Part shown: positions 20,257-30,031 of the stretch, in pieces | Numbering within the stretch: position 1 is the first letter of the stretch | Layout: each line of letters starts with the position of its first letter | Assembly (NCBI RefSeq): GCF_947259545.1 | Contig: NZ_CAMYMK010000003.1 | Span: forward strand, 57,469 to 121,468 | Length of the DNA: 64,000 nucleotides | Origin: an uncultured Marinobacter sp. | Lineage (GTDB): Bacteria > Pseudomonadota > Gammaproteobacteria > Pseudomonadales > Oleiphilaceae | Direction: 5' to 3' | Translations under genes and position numbers: made by a program | The notes under the pieces: model-generated | Seen by the model: only the letters and a program-made list of their open reading frames with translations | Database searches by the model: none | What the model was told of the DNA's origin: nothing

Positions 20257-21171
20257 TTAATGCCTGGCCGGCGCTCTGCGCGTTGCCAGGAACAGCCCCG
20301 CCAGTATCAACACCCCCCCAACAATGTGGAATATTCCAAGGCGTTCGCCAAGGAAAAAGCCAGCCAGTATTGATGCAAACACCGGTGTCAGGTACATGAA
20401 CATGGCAGCTCGCGCTGGTCCTACCTGATGGACGCCGTGGTTCCAGAACCCGTAGGCCAGAATGCCGGGGAACAATGCGAAATAGAGTAACGGCATGATG
20501 GTGGCGCGACCGACCTCAAAACCACCCTTGAAGAACATCAGTTCGATCAGGTAGAACGGCAAAATCACCAGCGCGCCAAGGGCTATCTGGGTGGTCAGGA
20601 AGGTCAGGGCCGGCAAGGGCACTGCCTGTCTTCTGAGCAGCACTGAAAACAGCCCCCAACTGAATACCGCAGTCACCATGATCAGGTCTCCGGGTTGTGC
20701 CTCGAGTTGCGTGAGCACTGCCAGACGTCCCCGGGCAATGACGATCAGGATACCCAGCACGGCCAACAGAATACCCAGTATCTGGAGCGGACGGGTGCGG
20801 TCGCCCAGCAGGAGCCAGGCCAGCAAGGCCACAAAGATGGGGATAGTGGCGTTGATCAGGGCAATGTTGGTGGCAGTGGTGGTAATGGCCGCGTAGTAGA
20901 GCAGGGAATTGAACGCCGCAACGCTGAAGGTGGCCAGTGCCAGCATCGAGCCCAGGTACTGTCGAATGACTTGGCGGTGGCGCAGGATGCCCGGCAGCCC
21001 AAACGGCAGGATGACCGCCAGGGCAATCACCCAACGCCAGAATGACATGGACAGGGGCGGGATGCTCTCAATCGAACCCTTGGCAACAACCGCATTACCG
21101 GCCCAGAACAGCGGCGTGAGTACCAGCCCGACATAGGCCAGCCATAATGGTTTCGGGGAGTGAAAAGACAT
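20257..21171 (-). CDS. DMT/EamA family transporter
   Basis: WAGNAVVAK, NIALINATIP, FMYLTPVFASIL; ten TM segments. Confidence 0.9.
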   Translation of the reverse strand: MSFHSPKPLWLAYVGLVLTPLFWAGNAVVAKGSIESIPPLSMSFWRWVIALAVILPFGLPGILRHRQVIRQYLGSMLALATFSVAAFNSLLYYAAITTTATNIALINATIPIFVALLAWLLLGDRTRPLQILGILLAVLGILIVIARGRLAVLTQLEAQPGDLIMVTAVFSWGLFSVLLRRQAVPLPALTFLTTQIALGALVILPFYLIELMFFKGGFEVGRATIMPLLYFALFPGILAYGFWNHGVHQVGPARAAMFMYLTPVFASILAGFFLGERLGIFHIVGGVLILAGLFLATRRAPARH

Positions 21172-21216
21172 GCCGGCTCCTGTGATCGTCCATAAACATC
21201 GGGAGCCGGTAGCATA

Positions 21217-22557
21217 CTATTCGCCGGGCACTTCTGCCTCCGTACCAACGTGGTAGGCGGCAAAGCCGGCCATCACCACCTGGTCCACGGCCATGCCGAT
21301 AATCCGGCCCTTGCTGCTCGCGCGGATCGGGTGCTGGGCGTTAGTAATGGGATCCGCCACGTAGCCCAACACTTCCCCTTCCGACACCCGGGCGCCCAGG
21401 TCCACTTCGCTGAACAGGATGCCGCCGTGGTCCACGCGAATCCAGTTGGAATCGTAGTAAACCGGTTCGGGATCGCCCCAGACGAACATCCGCGAGATCA
21501 TCCCTTCCTTTTCCATCAGACTGGTCAGGCTGTTTACCCCGGCGTCTATCTGCTGCTCCTGAATGCGGTGGGACTCACCTGCCTCCATGGTCACCGTACG
21601 AATACCAGCCTCCACCGCTGCAGTACGAAGCATGCCCGGGGAGCCCGAACTGTGAACGACTGCCATGCGGTCGAAGCCCCGTGTCAGCGCGGCGACATCC
21701 GGATTGTTCATGTCGGCCCGCAGCTGGGGCAGGTTGGTACGTTTCTGGGAGCCGGTGTGGATATCGACCAGCATGTCGCATTTGCGGATCACGTTCTCAA
21801 ACAGCGAATGGGCAATACGATCAGCCAGACTGCCGTTCGGACTGCCCGGGAAGTGACGGTTCAGGTCCCTGCGGTCGGGAAGGTAGCGGCTGCCTTGCTG
21901 GAAGCCCGGCAGGTTGACGATGGGAATACCGACGACCCGCCCGGAGACTTTCTCGGGGTTGAGGTCGTACATGGTACGCCGGACGATTTCGATCCCGTTC
22001 AGCTCATCGCCATGAACGGCACCGGTCAGGCACAGTGTCGGCCCCTGGTTGACACCATTCACCACCAGAACGGGGGTGGGCTGCGACAGTCCCGCGATCT
22101 GGATATTGGGAGACCAGGCCAGACGCGTGGACGTACCGGGACGCACTTCGGAACCTAGCAACGAGAAGTTTGTGGCTTTTTCGGGCTCAGAAGTTTCTGC
22201 CTGGGTTTCATCCTGGTCCGGAGATTCGGCAACCGGAGCGACTTCCTTGAGGTCGATATTGGGTGCGACTTTTTGCGTCTTTTTACTTTCCACCGTTGCC
22301 GAATCCGGCTGGTCAGTGGTGGGCGACTCTTCCTTTTGAGCACTGTCTTTGCTCGCTTTGCCCGCAGGCTTTACCTGTGCACTCTTGCGGGGTTCGGAAT
22401 TCTCTACGTCTTCAACGCTCTCATCCTCAGCCAGCTCGGCGATCAGAACTTCCGAGGTTTTTTTGGCCTGATCTGCAAGAGCGGGATGGACAGTGATCAA
22501 AGCACTGAGCGTCAACCCTGTTAGAAGGGCTGGATTTTTCAGCCATTTCAATAGCAT
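21217..22557 (-). CDS. Succinylglutamate desuccinylase/aspartoacylase (M14) family exported protein
   Basis: GAVHGDELNG, RDLNRHFPG, DIHTG, MEAG; signal peptide and acidic low-complexity N-terminal region. Confidence 0.88.
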   Translation of the reverse strand: MLLKWLKNPALLTGLTLSALITVHPALADQAKKTSEVLIAELAEDESVEDVENSEPRKSAQVKPAGKASKDSAQKEESPTTDQPDSATVESKKTQKVAPNIDLKEVAPVAESPDQDETQAETSEPEKATNFSLLGSEVRPGTSTRLAWSPNIQIAGLSQPTPVLVVNGVNQGPTLCLTGAVHGDELNGIEIVRRTMYDLNPEKVSGRVVGIPIVNLPGFQQGSRYLPDRRDLNRHFPGSPNGSLADRIAHSLFENVIRKCDMLVDIHTGSQKRTNLPQLRADMNNPDVAALTRGFDRMAVVHSSGSPGMLRTAAVEAGIRTVTMEAGESHRIQEQQIDAGVNSLTSLMEKEGMISRMFVWGDPEPVYYDSNWIRVDHGGILFSEVDLGARVSEGEVLGYVADPITNAQHPIRASSKGRIIGMAVDQVVMAGFAAYHVGTEAEVPGE

Positions 22558-22782
22558 AGTTCCTCACAAGTCGTCAGCCGGTCGGAGCGAATCACCCGGT
22601 TCCGGCGGCGAAAACGGAGTCTAGGATAAAGCGCCACTGGGCCTGTGAATACGGCTGTGACAAAGGTTTAATGCCACCTTCATAATATCTTTGTGTATTT
22701 TTAAAACGGACCTGGAAAGCAGGTTTAGAGCTATAGTTTCATGTATATGTGACAGTTATACGCAGCGAAGGGAGTAAACTGT

Positions 22783-22941
22783 ATGGATCTTTTGCGAATT
22801 CTGATTGCAATTTTGTTACCGCCTTTGGGCGTTTTCTTACAGGTAGGCATTGGCAAGCACTTCTGGATCAACATCCTGTTGACCCTTCTGGGCTACATTC
22901 CGGGTATTGTTCATGCGGTTTACATCATCGCCAAGAAATAG
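22783..22941 (+). CDS. YqaE/Pmp3 family small membrane protein (not in ORF track)
   Basis: Hand translation MDLLRILIAILLPPLGVFLQVGIGKHFWINILLTLLGYIPGIVHAVYIIAKK; GGAG RBS upstream. Confidence 0.93.
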   Translation: MDLLRILIAILLPPLGVFLQVGIGKHFWINILLTLLGYIPGIVHAVYIIAKK

Positions 22942-22952
22942 CCCCCGGCGAT

Positions 22953-22973
22953 AAGCCCGGAGTATCCGGGCTT
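22953..22973. terminator. Terminator-like hairpin
   Basis: AAGCCCGGA-GTA-TCCGGGCTT between convergent genes. Confidence 0.6.
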
Positions 22974-22978
22974 TCTGA

Positions 22979-24616
22979 TCATATCCTGTCGGTTGTAGAC
23001 CAGTATTCGCCTTGCTGGATGGCCCTGCCGTCCGCTTCCAGCTTTAATAGATGAGCCAGTGCCGAGCGCGCTGCGACTCCATGAATAGCAGCAGGCACAT
23101 CGTCGTAAGCCTTCGCAGTCAGATCGGCGAGCGTCACCGGGGCAAGCCCTTTCAGCGCCTTGGCCACCTTGTGTTCCCGCGCCAGCCGATGGGTGATCAG
23201 GTAATCAATCACCGCCTCCGGGTGCCCCATCAGGAAACCATGCGCCGGCGCAATGTAGCGAATGGGCTCGGCCAGCAAATCGTACAATGCCTCCAGATAC
23301 GCCTTCATATCGCCATCTGGCGGGTTAATCACCACCGTTGAGCCCTGCATGATGTGATCACCCGAAAACAGCAGTTGCTGCTCGGTCAGCAGATAGCATA
23401 TGTGGTTCGAGGCGTGGCCGGGAGTGTGAAGCACCTTCAGGGTACCGGCCTCGCAATGAATCCGATCGCCGTGTGCCGGTTCGCTATCCGGGGCGAAGGT
23501 CTGATCCTGGGAAACACCGGCGGGGGCTGTCAGCCCATAAACCCGGCAACCGGTCCGGGCTTTCAGGGCCGCAGTGGCCGGTGAATGGTCCCGGTGGGTG
23601 TGGGTGACCACCACTTGCTCGATCTCCCCACCTGTGAACTCCAGAATACGCTCAATGTGGACGTCATCGTCCGGCCCCGGGTCCAGTACCGTGAACCGTT
23701 CATGGCCCAGAATATAGGTATTGGTGCCCGGTCCCGTCATCATGCCTGGATTCGGTGCAGTCAGCCGGACCACACCTGCGGCCACCTCCACCGGTTCTCC
23801 GGGGATAATCTCTGCCCGGGTGGTGCCTTCACCCTCCGGATCCAGCTTGGCGGCCTCATCATAGGCCGGAGCGCCCGGCTCCAGCATAACCGGCTCGTTT
23901 TTCTTTAGCGCCGGCCAGGGCTGATCAGGGTAGCTCTCCGGTGGGTTGGCATGAGCATAGCGCATCAGCGCCTCGGCGGTGTTAAAGCTGCTTAACACCC
24001 GCAGGGTCCGAATGGTGGGCAGCCCCAGTAAACGCTGACCGTTACGGTGTTCCTCCAAAGCCGTGGCGGGACTGATCCACAGGTGATCGATCGTCTCTAC
24101 CCCATCGTGACTCGCTATCTGCCCTTCCGGCGCCACGGTAACGAAAAACCGGGTATCAAACCGCCGCGGTGGTCCCGGAGGCGTAACCCAATGACCCAGA
24201 TAGGCCAGTCGATCCAGCGGAATTGATAAACGGTGTTTCTGGCAAAGATCCGCCAGCGACATATCGCCCCGAAACACGGCCTCACGATCGCCATGGGCCG
24301 GATGGTTGTTGCCGAGTGGCTGCCCATGCTCATCGAGAGCAAGCAGAACACCGGCCTCCTCAAAACATTCCCGAACCGCCGCCAGCATATAATCGGCACC
24401 GCCTTCGTCGACGCTCATGGTCTGACTGATCTCGGTATCAGCAGGGCCAAGGGCGTGTTCGCGCCCGAGCGGCTCCTGTTCATCCACAGCGCCGCCGGGG
24501 AACACAAAGTAACCGGGCATGAAAACCGCCTCCCAGGTGCGCTGTAAAAGCAGAACCTGAAGGCCTTCAGAAGTGTCGCGTGTCAGAACCAGTGTGGCAG
24601 CAGGGCGAATATCCAT
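22979..24616 (-). CDS. NUDIX-MBL fold fusion hydrolase
   Basis: N-terminal IRPAATLVL...VFPGG...AAVRECFEEAG...RFDTRFF; C-terminal APNPGMMTGPGTNTY, THTHRDH, TPGHASNH, PAHG. Confidence 0.88.
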   Translation of the reverse strand: MDIRPAATLVLTRDTSEGLQVLLLQRTWEAVFMPGYFVFPGGAVDEQEPLGREHALGPADTEISQTMSVDEGGADYMLAAVRECFEEAGVLLALDEHGQPLGNNHPAHGDREAVFRGDMSLADLCQKHRLSIPLDRLAYLGHWVTPPGPPRRFDTRFFVTVAPEGQIASHDGVETIDHLWISPATALEEHRNGQRLLGLPTIRTLRVLSSFNTAEALMRYAHANPPESYPDQPWPALKKNEPVMLEPGAPAYDEAAKLDPEGEGTTRAEIIPGEPVEVAAGVVRLTAPNPGMMTGPGTNTYILGHERFTVLDPGPDDDVHIERILEFTGGEIEQVVVTHTHRDHSPATAALKARTGCRVYGLTAPAGVSQDQTFAPDSEPAHGDRIHCEAGTLKVLHTPGHASNHICYLLTEQQLLFSGDHIMQGSTVVINPPDGDMKAYLEALYDLLAEPIRYIAPAHGFLMGHPEAVIDYLITHRLAREHKVAKALKGLAPVTLADLTAKAYDDVPAAIHGVAARSALAHLLKLEADGRAIQQGEYWSTTDRI

Positions 24617-24657
24617 AGCATTTCCGTTTGTGTTCCGTTTGTCAGGCCCGGGTGCGG

Positions 24658-24772
24658 GAAAGAGGTTGGGAGGCTGCTGTCAAAACACGCTCCTTCGGCA
24701 CATCCATGTGGCGCTTGGGCTCCGCCATCCATGGCTCCGCACAGTTTTGACAGCAGCCTCCCAACCTCTTTC
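24658..24772 (+). repeat. Variable-stem cloverleaf repeat, copy 4
   Basis: Perfect 29-bp arms GAAAGAGGTTGGGAGGCTGCTGTCAAAAC; core nearly identical to copy 1. Confidence 0.9.
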
Positions 24773-24907
24773 ATCCAGCGTTGGTGCGGGCCGCCAGTAA
24801 CAAATCCAAGATAACCAATGTTCGACTCGCTGTCTTGGGGTGATAGGGAGGCTGCAACCAAGTATCATGGCGTCTCCCCGAAACTTTCTCCCAGCAGGAT
24901 CTTGAAC

Positions 24908-25333
24908 TTGGCCCGTATAAAGCTCTCTTTCCCGGATGATGTCTTCTGCTTTGAAACCAGAATGCCCGTCAGAATCACCGACATCAACGGAGCCAATCAC
25001 TTGGGCAACGACGCCCTGATCTCCATGCTCTCGGAAGCTCGGGCCCAGTTCCTGGTGAAATACGGCATTCAGGAAGCCGATCAGAACGGTGTGGGCATTA
25101 TCGTTACCGACCTGGCCACCATGTACCAGTCTGAATCCTTCTTCCCGGAAATGCTGCGGTTCGAAGTCGGGCTGATGGACTTCAACAAGTACGGGGGCGA
25201 TTTCGTGTTCCGTGTCAGCAAAGCCGAGAGCGGCCAACCGGTAGCACTGGCCAAGTACGGCTTCGTGTTCTTCAATTATCAGCGCAAGGCTGTCGTGCCG
25301 ATGCCGGAAGACTTCCGCTCACGCTTCGCCTGA
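24908..25333 (+). CDS. Hotdog-fold thioesterase
   Basis: TTG start after AGGA; VRITDINGANHLGND motif. Confidence 0.85.
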   Translation: MARIKLSFPDDVFCFETRMPVRITDINGANHLGNDALISMLSEARAQFLVKYGIQEADQNGVGIIVTDLATMYQSESFFPEMLRFEVGLMDFNKYGGDFVFRVSKAESGQPVALAKYGFVFFNYQRKAVVPMPEDFRSRFA

Positions 25334-26647
25334 TTGCCGCAGTCTTGTCATGCCGGCGCGGTAGAAGGTGTAGGCCATCGCGCCGGCCATCAGGTTCCCC
25401 ACCAGTGCACCGCTCATCAGGCCGGTAAGGCCGCTGATCTGCGAGCCAATCCACAGCAACGGCAGGAAGCAGACGAACAGTCGCAACGTGGAGACCAGTA
25501 GCGCTCTCAGTGACAGCCCAAGAGCATTGCATATCGACACCATCAGCATGCAGACGCCCAACCCGCTGTAACTGAGCGGCACCCGCACCAGATAGTTGCC
25601 CAGTACCTGCTGCACTTCGGCGTCGCTGGTAAACAGCTGAGCGACCAGGCCCGAGGCCAATACCCAGATCAGGCCGATGGCCAGCTGCCAGCCCACCACA
25701 AAGCGTACTGCCAGCCGTACCAGTTTGCGGATCTGGTCAATATCACCTGCCCCCAGCATGCGTCCGATCATTGGCGGCATCGACATGGTCAGCGCCAGCA
25801 CCACGACGATCGAGAAAAACTCCAGTCGGGTTCCCAGTCCCCACGCGGCAACCGCTGCAGAGCCGAATCCCGCCACCAGGGCTGTGGCCAGCATAGCCGA
25901 GGCCGGTGGCATCAGCTGGCTGACCATGGCCGGTGCCATGATGCCGTTGAGCTGTTTCAGTGCCTTGCCCAGGCTGAGTTGTCGCAACTGGAAGCTGATC
26001 CACTGGCGCCGAAACAGGGTCGGGTAGATCACCAGGGTGCCTATGCCAAAGGCGGTAATGGTGGCCCAGGCTGCCCCCGGAAGACCCCAGCCAAAGACGA
26101 AAATGTACAGAGGGTCCAGTGCGATGTTGAGCAGACTGGTGGCGATCATCAGGTAGCCTGGCAACTTGGTGTCGCCATGGGAACGGCAGATGCTGTATCC
26201 GAAATAGAGCATGGCCCCGGTCCAGGCGGATACCAGCCAGGGCGCCCAGAATTCGCTGATGACAGGCAGCAGGGTCGGTTCCGCGCCCAGCAGAGTAAGG
26301 ATGTGAGTTTGTAGCAGCCAGACGGAAGCACACAGCAGCAAGGCCAGGGATGCGCCCACCGTGATCACCAGCCCACCCAGTCGTTGCGCCCTGAGCTCGT
26401 CGTTCTGGCCGAGGGTGCGGGAAATGATCGCCGTGGTGGCAATGCCCAGGCCAACGTACATGCCGCTGACCAGCTGTTGCATGGGAACGGTAAAGCCAAG
26501 GGCGGCCAGTGGGTCACGTCCCAACTGACCCACAAAGGCACTGTCGGCAAGGTGGAAGGTCATCAGTGAGAGCACCCCGAACAGCATGGGCCAGGTCATG
26601 GAGAAGAGCTGGCGGGCCAGGGTGGTGTTGTCGGGTGCTGTACTCAC
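25319..26647 (-). CDS. MATE family efflux transporter
   Basis: LFSMTWPMLFG, ADSAFVGQLG, LNIALDPLYIF, GAAWAT; twelve TM segments. Confidence 0.92.
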   Translation of the reverse strand: MSTAPDNTTLARQLFSMTWPMLFGVLSLMTFHLADSAFVGQLGRDPLAALGFTVPMQQLVSGMYVGLGIATTAIISRTLGQNDELRAQRLGGLVITVGASLALLLCASVWLLQTHILTLLGAEPTLLPVISEFWAPWLVSAWTGAMLYFGYSICRSHGDTKLPGYLMIATSLLNIALDPLYIFVFGWGLPGAAWATITAFGIGTLVIYPTLFRRQWISFQLRQLSLGKALKQLNGIMAPAMVSQLMPPASAMLATALVAGFGSAAVAAWGLGTRLEFFSIVVVLALTMSMPPMIGRMLGAGDIDQIRKLVRLAVRFVVGWQLAIGLIWVLASGLVAQLFTSDAEVQQVLGNYLVRVPLSYSGLGVCMLMVSICNALGLSLRALLVSTLRLFVCFLPLLWIGSQISGLTGLMSGALVGNLMAGAMAYTFYRAGMTRLRQSGEA

Positions 26648-26726
26648 GGAATGACGGGTGCTCGGATCAGGACTTTGAAGTGATGGTAGGTCGGGTTAGC
26701 GAAGCGTAACCCGACACTGGACAGGA

Positions 26727-27224
26727 TCAAAGTACCTTCAGGGCCGCGTCATAATCCGGTTCGTTCTTGATTTCGCTGACCAGCTCGCTGTGCAGGACTT
26801 TGTTGCTTTCATCCAGCACGATGACCGCACGGGAGCAAAGGCCGGCCAGTGGGCCGCTCTGGATGGCAACGCCGTAATCCTGCTGGAAGCTGTAGTTGCG
26901 GAAGGTGGAGAGGGTTTCCACGTCTTTGATGCCTTCGGCTCCACAGAAACGTCCCGCTGCGAAGGGAAGGTCAGCGGAGATAACGAGTACGACGGTGTTG
27001 TCCAGCCCGCCGGCTTTTTCGTTGAATTTGCGGGTGGAGGCGGCACAGACACCGGTGTCGATGCTGGGGATGATGTTGAGGATCTTGCGCTTGCCGGCCC
27101 AGTTTTCGAGTTTGACTTCTTCCAGGCCGCTGTTGGTCAATGTGAAGGGTGCGGCGTTGTCGCCGGGGGTGGGGAATTTTCCGCTGACTTCTATGGGGTT
27201 GCCATCGAGGGTTACGTTGCTCAT
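26727..27224 (-). CDS. tpx: Thiol peroxidase (atypical 2-Cys peroxiredoxin)
   Basis: [38 protein letters not shown]. Confidence 0.96.
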   Translation of the reverse strand: MSNVTLDGNPIEVSGKFPTPGDNAAPFTLTNSGLEEVKLENWAGKRKILNIIPSIDTGVCAASTRKFNEKAGGLDNTVVLVISADLPFAAGRFCGAEGIKDVETLSTFRNYSFQQDYGVAIQSGPLAGLCSRAVIVLDESNKVLHSELVSEIKNEPDYDAALKVL

Positions 27225-27358
27225 TGCGATGCTCCTGTTGTCTGGATTCTGATAGAACAGCTTACTCTGTTTAGCTTAGATTGGATGACTTTGCATCCCC
27301 GACCTTGGTGCATGCGGTCAGGGTGGCACCGTCTATAACAGGCTTCAAGCTTGGGGCG

Positions 27359-27546
27359 ATCGGCCAGAGTGGCACTCCCCAAAACACGCTCAAGCTCCCG
27401 CAAGCGGGTCCGGCCAGCAATCGCAGATTGCTGTCGCTCAGCTGCACATGAAGCTACGCTTCATAAACGTTTGCTTCGCCCATGTGGCGCTTGGGCTCCG
27501 CCATCCCTGGCTCCGCACAGTTTTGGGGAGTGCCACTCTGGCCGAT
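27359..27546 (+). repeat. Variable-stem cloverleaf repeat, copy 5, with about 80-bp insert of mini-hairpins
   Basis: Perfect 27-bp arms ATCGGCCAGAGTGGCACTCCCCAAAAC; insert carries CCCGCAAGCGGG, CAGCAATC-GCA-GATTGCTG, ATGAAGC-TAC-GCTTCAT. Confidence 0.9.
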
Positions 27547-27588
27547 TCAGAACTATGGAGTTGCCCTCCGGTTCTTTTTTTCCTTTGC

Positions 27589-28809
27589 CTATCGGGTAGA
27601 TGCCGGTTGTGATTCGAATCCCGCCGCCGGGTGTCGCTGAACCAGAACCAGATAACTGGCCAGGGCAGCTGCGGCGCTGGCGGCGATGATGGTTGCCATG
27701 ACCAGAGAGGTGCCGTCGTGGAGGTGGCCAACAAGCATGCCGGCAATGGCTGCCACGGCCATTTGGCTAAAGCCGAACAGCGCCGAGGCGGAGCCGGCCA
27801 TGTGGGGGAAGTTGGCCATGGCGCCGGCCATGGTCTGGGGCAGCACCATGCCGACACCGACCATGAACAGGGCCTGGGGAAGGATGACTGCCCAAACGGT
27901 GTAGATTTCGGCTATGGCCAGTCCAGCCATGATTGAGCCACCAACCACAGCCACGGTCAGGCCTCGCACCAGAATCTGATCCGGTACCAGCCGGCTGCCA
28001 AGGCGGACCGCGGTCAGGTTGCCGGTGACGTAGCCCACCACGATGCAGGCGAAGAAAAGTCCGAAATGCTCAGGTTCAACGCCGAGGAAATCGATCAGAA
28101 CGAAGGACGATCCGGACAGGAAAGCGAACAGGCCGGAGAAGATCAGCGCGTTGGTCAGGGTGTAACCGAGAAAGCTGATGTCCGTTGCGATGGTGCGGTA
28201 GTTCCGCAACAAGCTGCACAATTGTAGGGGCTGGCGGTATTCCGGACGCATGGGCTCGGGAATACCGAAGGCCACCACCACGGACATGATCAGAGCATAG
28301 CCGGCCAGTACGATGAAAATAGAGGCCCAACCCAGGCCGGTCACCAGAAAACCGCCGATGGTTGGTGCAATTGCTGGCGCCAGGGCCATGATGCTGGCGA
28401 GGATGGCCATGATGCGGGCAGCCTCACGTGGCGTGTAGATGTCACGGATCGCGGCGCGACCCAATACGGGGCCAGCAGAGCCGCCGAGGGCCTGCAGGAA
28501 ACGGCAGAGCATCAGGGTTTCGATATTGGTGGCCAGGGCACAGCCGATGCTGGCGAGGGCAAACAGCAAGAAGCCGCCGATCATAAGGGGTTTGCGGCCA
28601 AAGCGGTCGGCCAGCGGTCCGCAAACCAATTGCGCCAGAGCAAAGCCCAGCATGTACAGGCTAAGGGTTAACTGGACCTGATCGGTTCCGGTACTGAAAT
28701 CGCTGCCAATCTGCGGCAATGCCGGCAGATACATATCGGTGGCCAAAGGCCCCAGGGCCACGGCGGCGGCAAGTAATATGGTCGTCCAGACGCTGGTAAG
28801 CGCAAGCAT
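27589..28809 (-). CDS. Bcr/CflA family MFS drug efflux transporter
   Basis: LATDMYLPALP, GPLADRFGRKP, RFLQALGG, RAAIRDIY. Confidence 0.93.
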   Translation of the reverse strand: MLALTSVWTTILLAAAVALGPLATDMYLPALPQIGSDFSTGTDQVQLTLSLYMLGFALAQLVCGPLADRFGRKPLMIGGFLLFALASIGCALATNIETLMLCRFLQALGGSAGPVLGRAAIRDIYTPREAARIMAILASIMALAPAIAPTIGGFLVTGLGWASIFIVLAGYALIMSVVVAFGIPEPMRPEYRQPLQLCSLLRNYRTIATDISFLGYTLTNALIFSGLFAFLSGSSFVLIDFLGVEPEHFGLFFACIVVGYVTGNLTAVRLGSRLVPDQILVRGLTVAVVGGSIMAGLAIAEIYTVWAVILPQALFMVGVGMVLPQTMAGAMANFPHMAGSASALFGFSQMAVAAIAGMLVGHLHDGTSLVMATIIAASAAAALASYLVLVQRHPAAGFESQPASTR

Positions 28810-28853
28810 ACTGTTTCCCGGTCTAATCGGAGGATGAGCAAACAGAGGGTGGC

Positions 28854-28917
28854 GTGGGGTAAGGGGTCACAAACGTTCAAGGAAGCCACGGTTCCTGTTT
28901 GTGACCCCTTACCCCAC
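28854..28917. repeat. Long perfect hairpin, possibly a short relative of the cloverleaf repeat
   Basis: 21-bp arms GTGGGGTAAGGGGTCACAAAC / GTTTGTGACCCCTTACCCCAC with the same inner AAAC...GTTT boundary. Confidence 0.7.
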
Positions 28918-29019
28918 CCCGCTCCCTGCGGCTCACTGAGAGTCAACAGAGTTTACGCCCCCAGTCGTTAGGGAATAACGACCCAACACTTCATACGATG
29001 TATGAACAAAATCGATTGA

Positions 29020-29931
29020 TTAATCGTTAAGACCGTTCATCGTCGCCGCCACGGCATTCACCTGGTTGCGAAGCCAGCGGTGGGCGGGGTCGTTCTGGTT
29101 GCGGCGGTGCCACAGCATCAGCAGGGTGAAAGGTTTGAAGTCAAAGGGCAGGGGAACCCAGGCGAAGCCCCTGAGTAAGTGATTACTCATGCGCTCCGGG
29201 GCGGTGGCCAGCATATCGGTACCGCGCAGAAATTCCGGCAAACCGGAGAAATTGGACACCGTAACCACATTGCGTCGGGTCAGCCCGCGGGCGTTCAGCG
29301 AGGTTTCAAGGGTGGGCTTCTCTCCGGTGGCGAAAAGTAGCGCGATATGATCGGCCTTGAGGTACTCCGCCATATCTTGGGGCGGCTCGCGATAGACGGA
29401 ATCGTAGAACACCACCATCCGGTCCGCCATCAATCCCCGTTGCATGATATCCGTCGCCTCTGGTGCGTGGGGCGAGATGATCAGGTCGCAGACGTCCTTG
29501 CGGAGCATATCGGCGGTGGGAATACCGGAAGGGATCACCTGCAGCCGAATGCCTGGCGCCTCCCGCCGCAGTGTGCTGACCAACCCGGGTAACAGGAGAT
29601 CACGCTGATAATCGTTGGCGGCGATGGTGAAGGTGAATTCCGCGGTCGCGGGCGTTAACGGCGGTCCGCTGGACAGCGACTGCAGGTCATCCAGAATCTG
29701 CCGGATATGAGGTCCCGCCCGCAGTGCATACTGTGTGGGTGTGATGCCGCGCCCGGATTTCACAAACAACGGATCCCCGAGTGCCTGGCGTAACCGGTCC
29801 AGGGTGTGGCTCACCGCCGACTGGCTGACCCCTAGACGAATGGCCGCGCGGGACACACTGCCCTCATCAAGCACCGTCAGAAAGGTGCTCAGGGAGCGAG
29901 TGTCGAGGTTTAATGTATCGATGCCGTTCAT
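29020..29931 (-). CDS. LysR family regulator
   Basis: LDTRSLSTF...SVSRAAIRLGVSQSAVSHTLDRLRQALGDPLFVK; DPAHRWLR. Confidence 0.93.
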   Translation of the reverse strand: MNGIDTLNLDTRSLSTFLTVLDEGSVSRAAIRLGVSQSAVSHTLDRLRQALGDPLFVKSGRGITPTQYALRAGPHIRQILDDLQSLSSGPPLTPATAEFTFTIAANDYQRDLLLPGLVSTLRREAPGIRLQVIPSGIPTADMLRKDVCDLIISPHAPEATDIMQRGLMADRMVVFYDSVYREPPQDMAEYLKADHIALLFATGEKPTLETSLNARGLTRRNVVTVSNFSGLPEFLRGTDMLATAPERMSNHLLRGFAWVPLPFDFKPFTLLMLWHRRNQNDPAHRWLRNQVNAVAATMNGLND

Positions 29932-30031
29932 GGATCGCAGTGTAATCCACTTACACCCTGGTCGCATACACAAAGTAGGATCCCTGAACTAGTGTGTGGT
30001 GAGTGATCGCTCAATAATTTCAGGAGGCACC

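Noticed and set aside
22749-23054. 101-aa ORF MTVIRSEGSK
   Set aside because: It overlaps, in another frame, the clear Pmp3-family gene at 22783-22941
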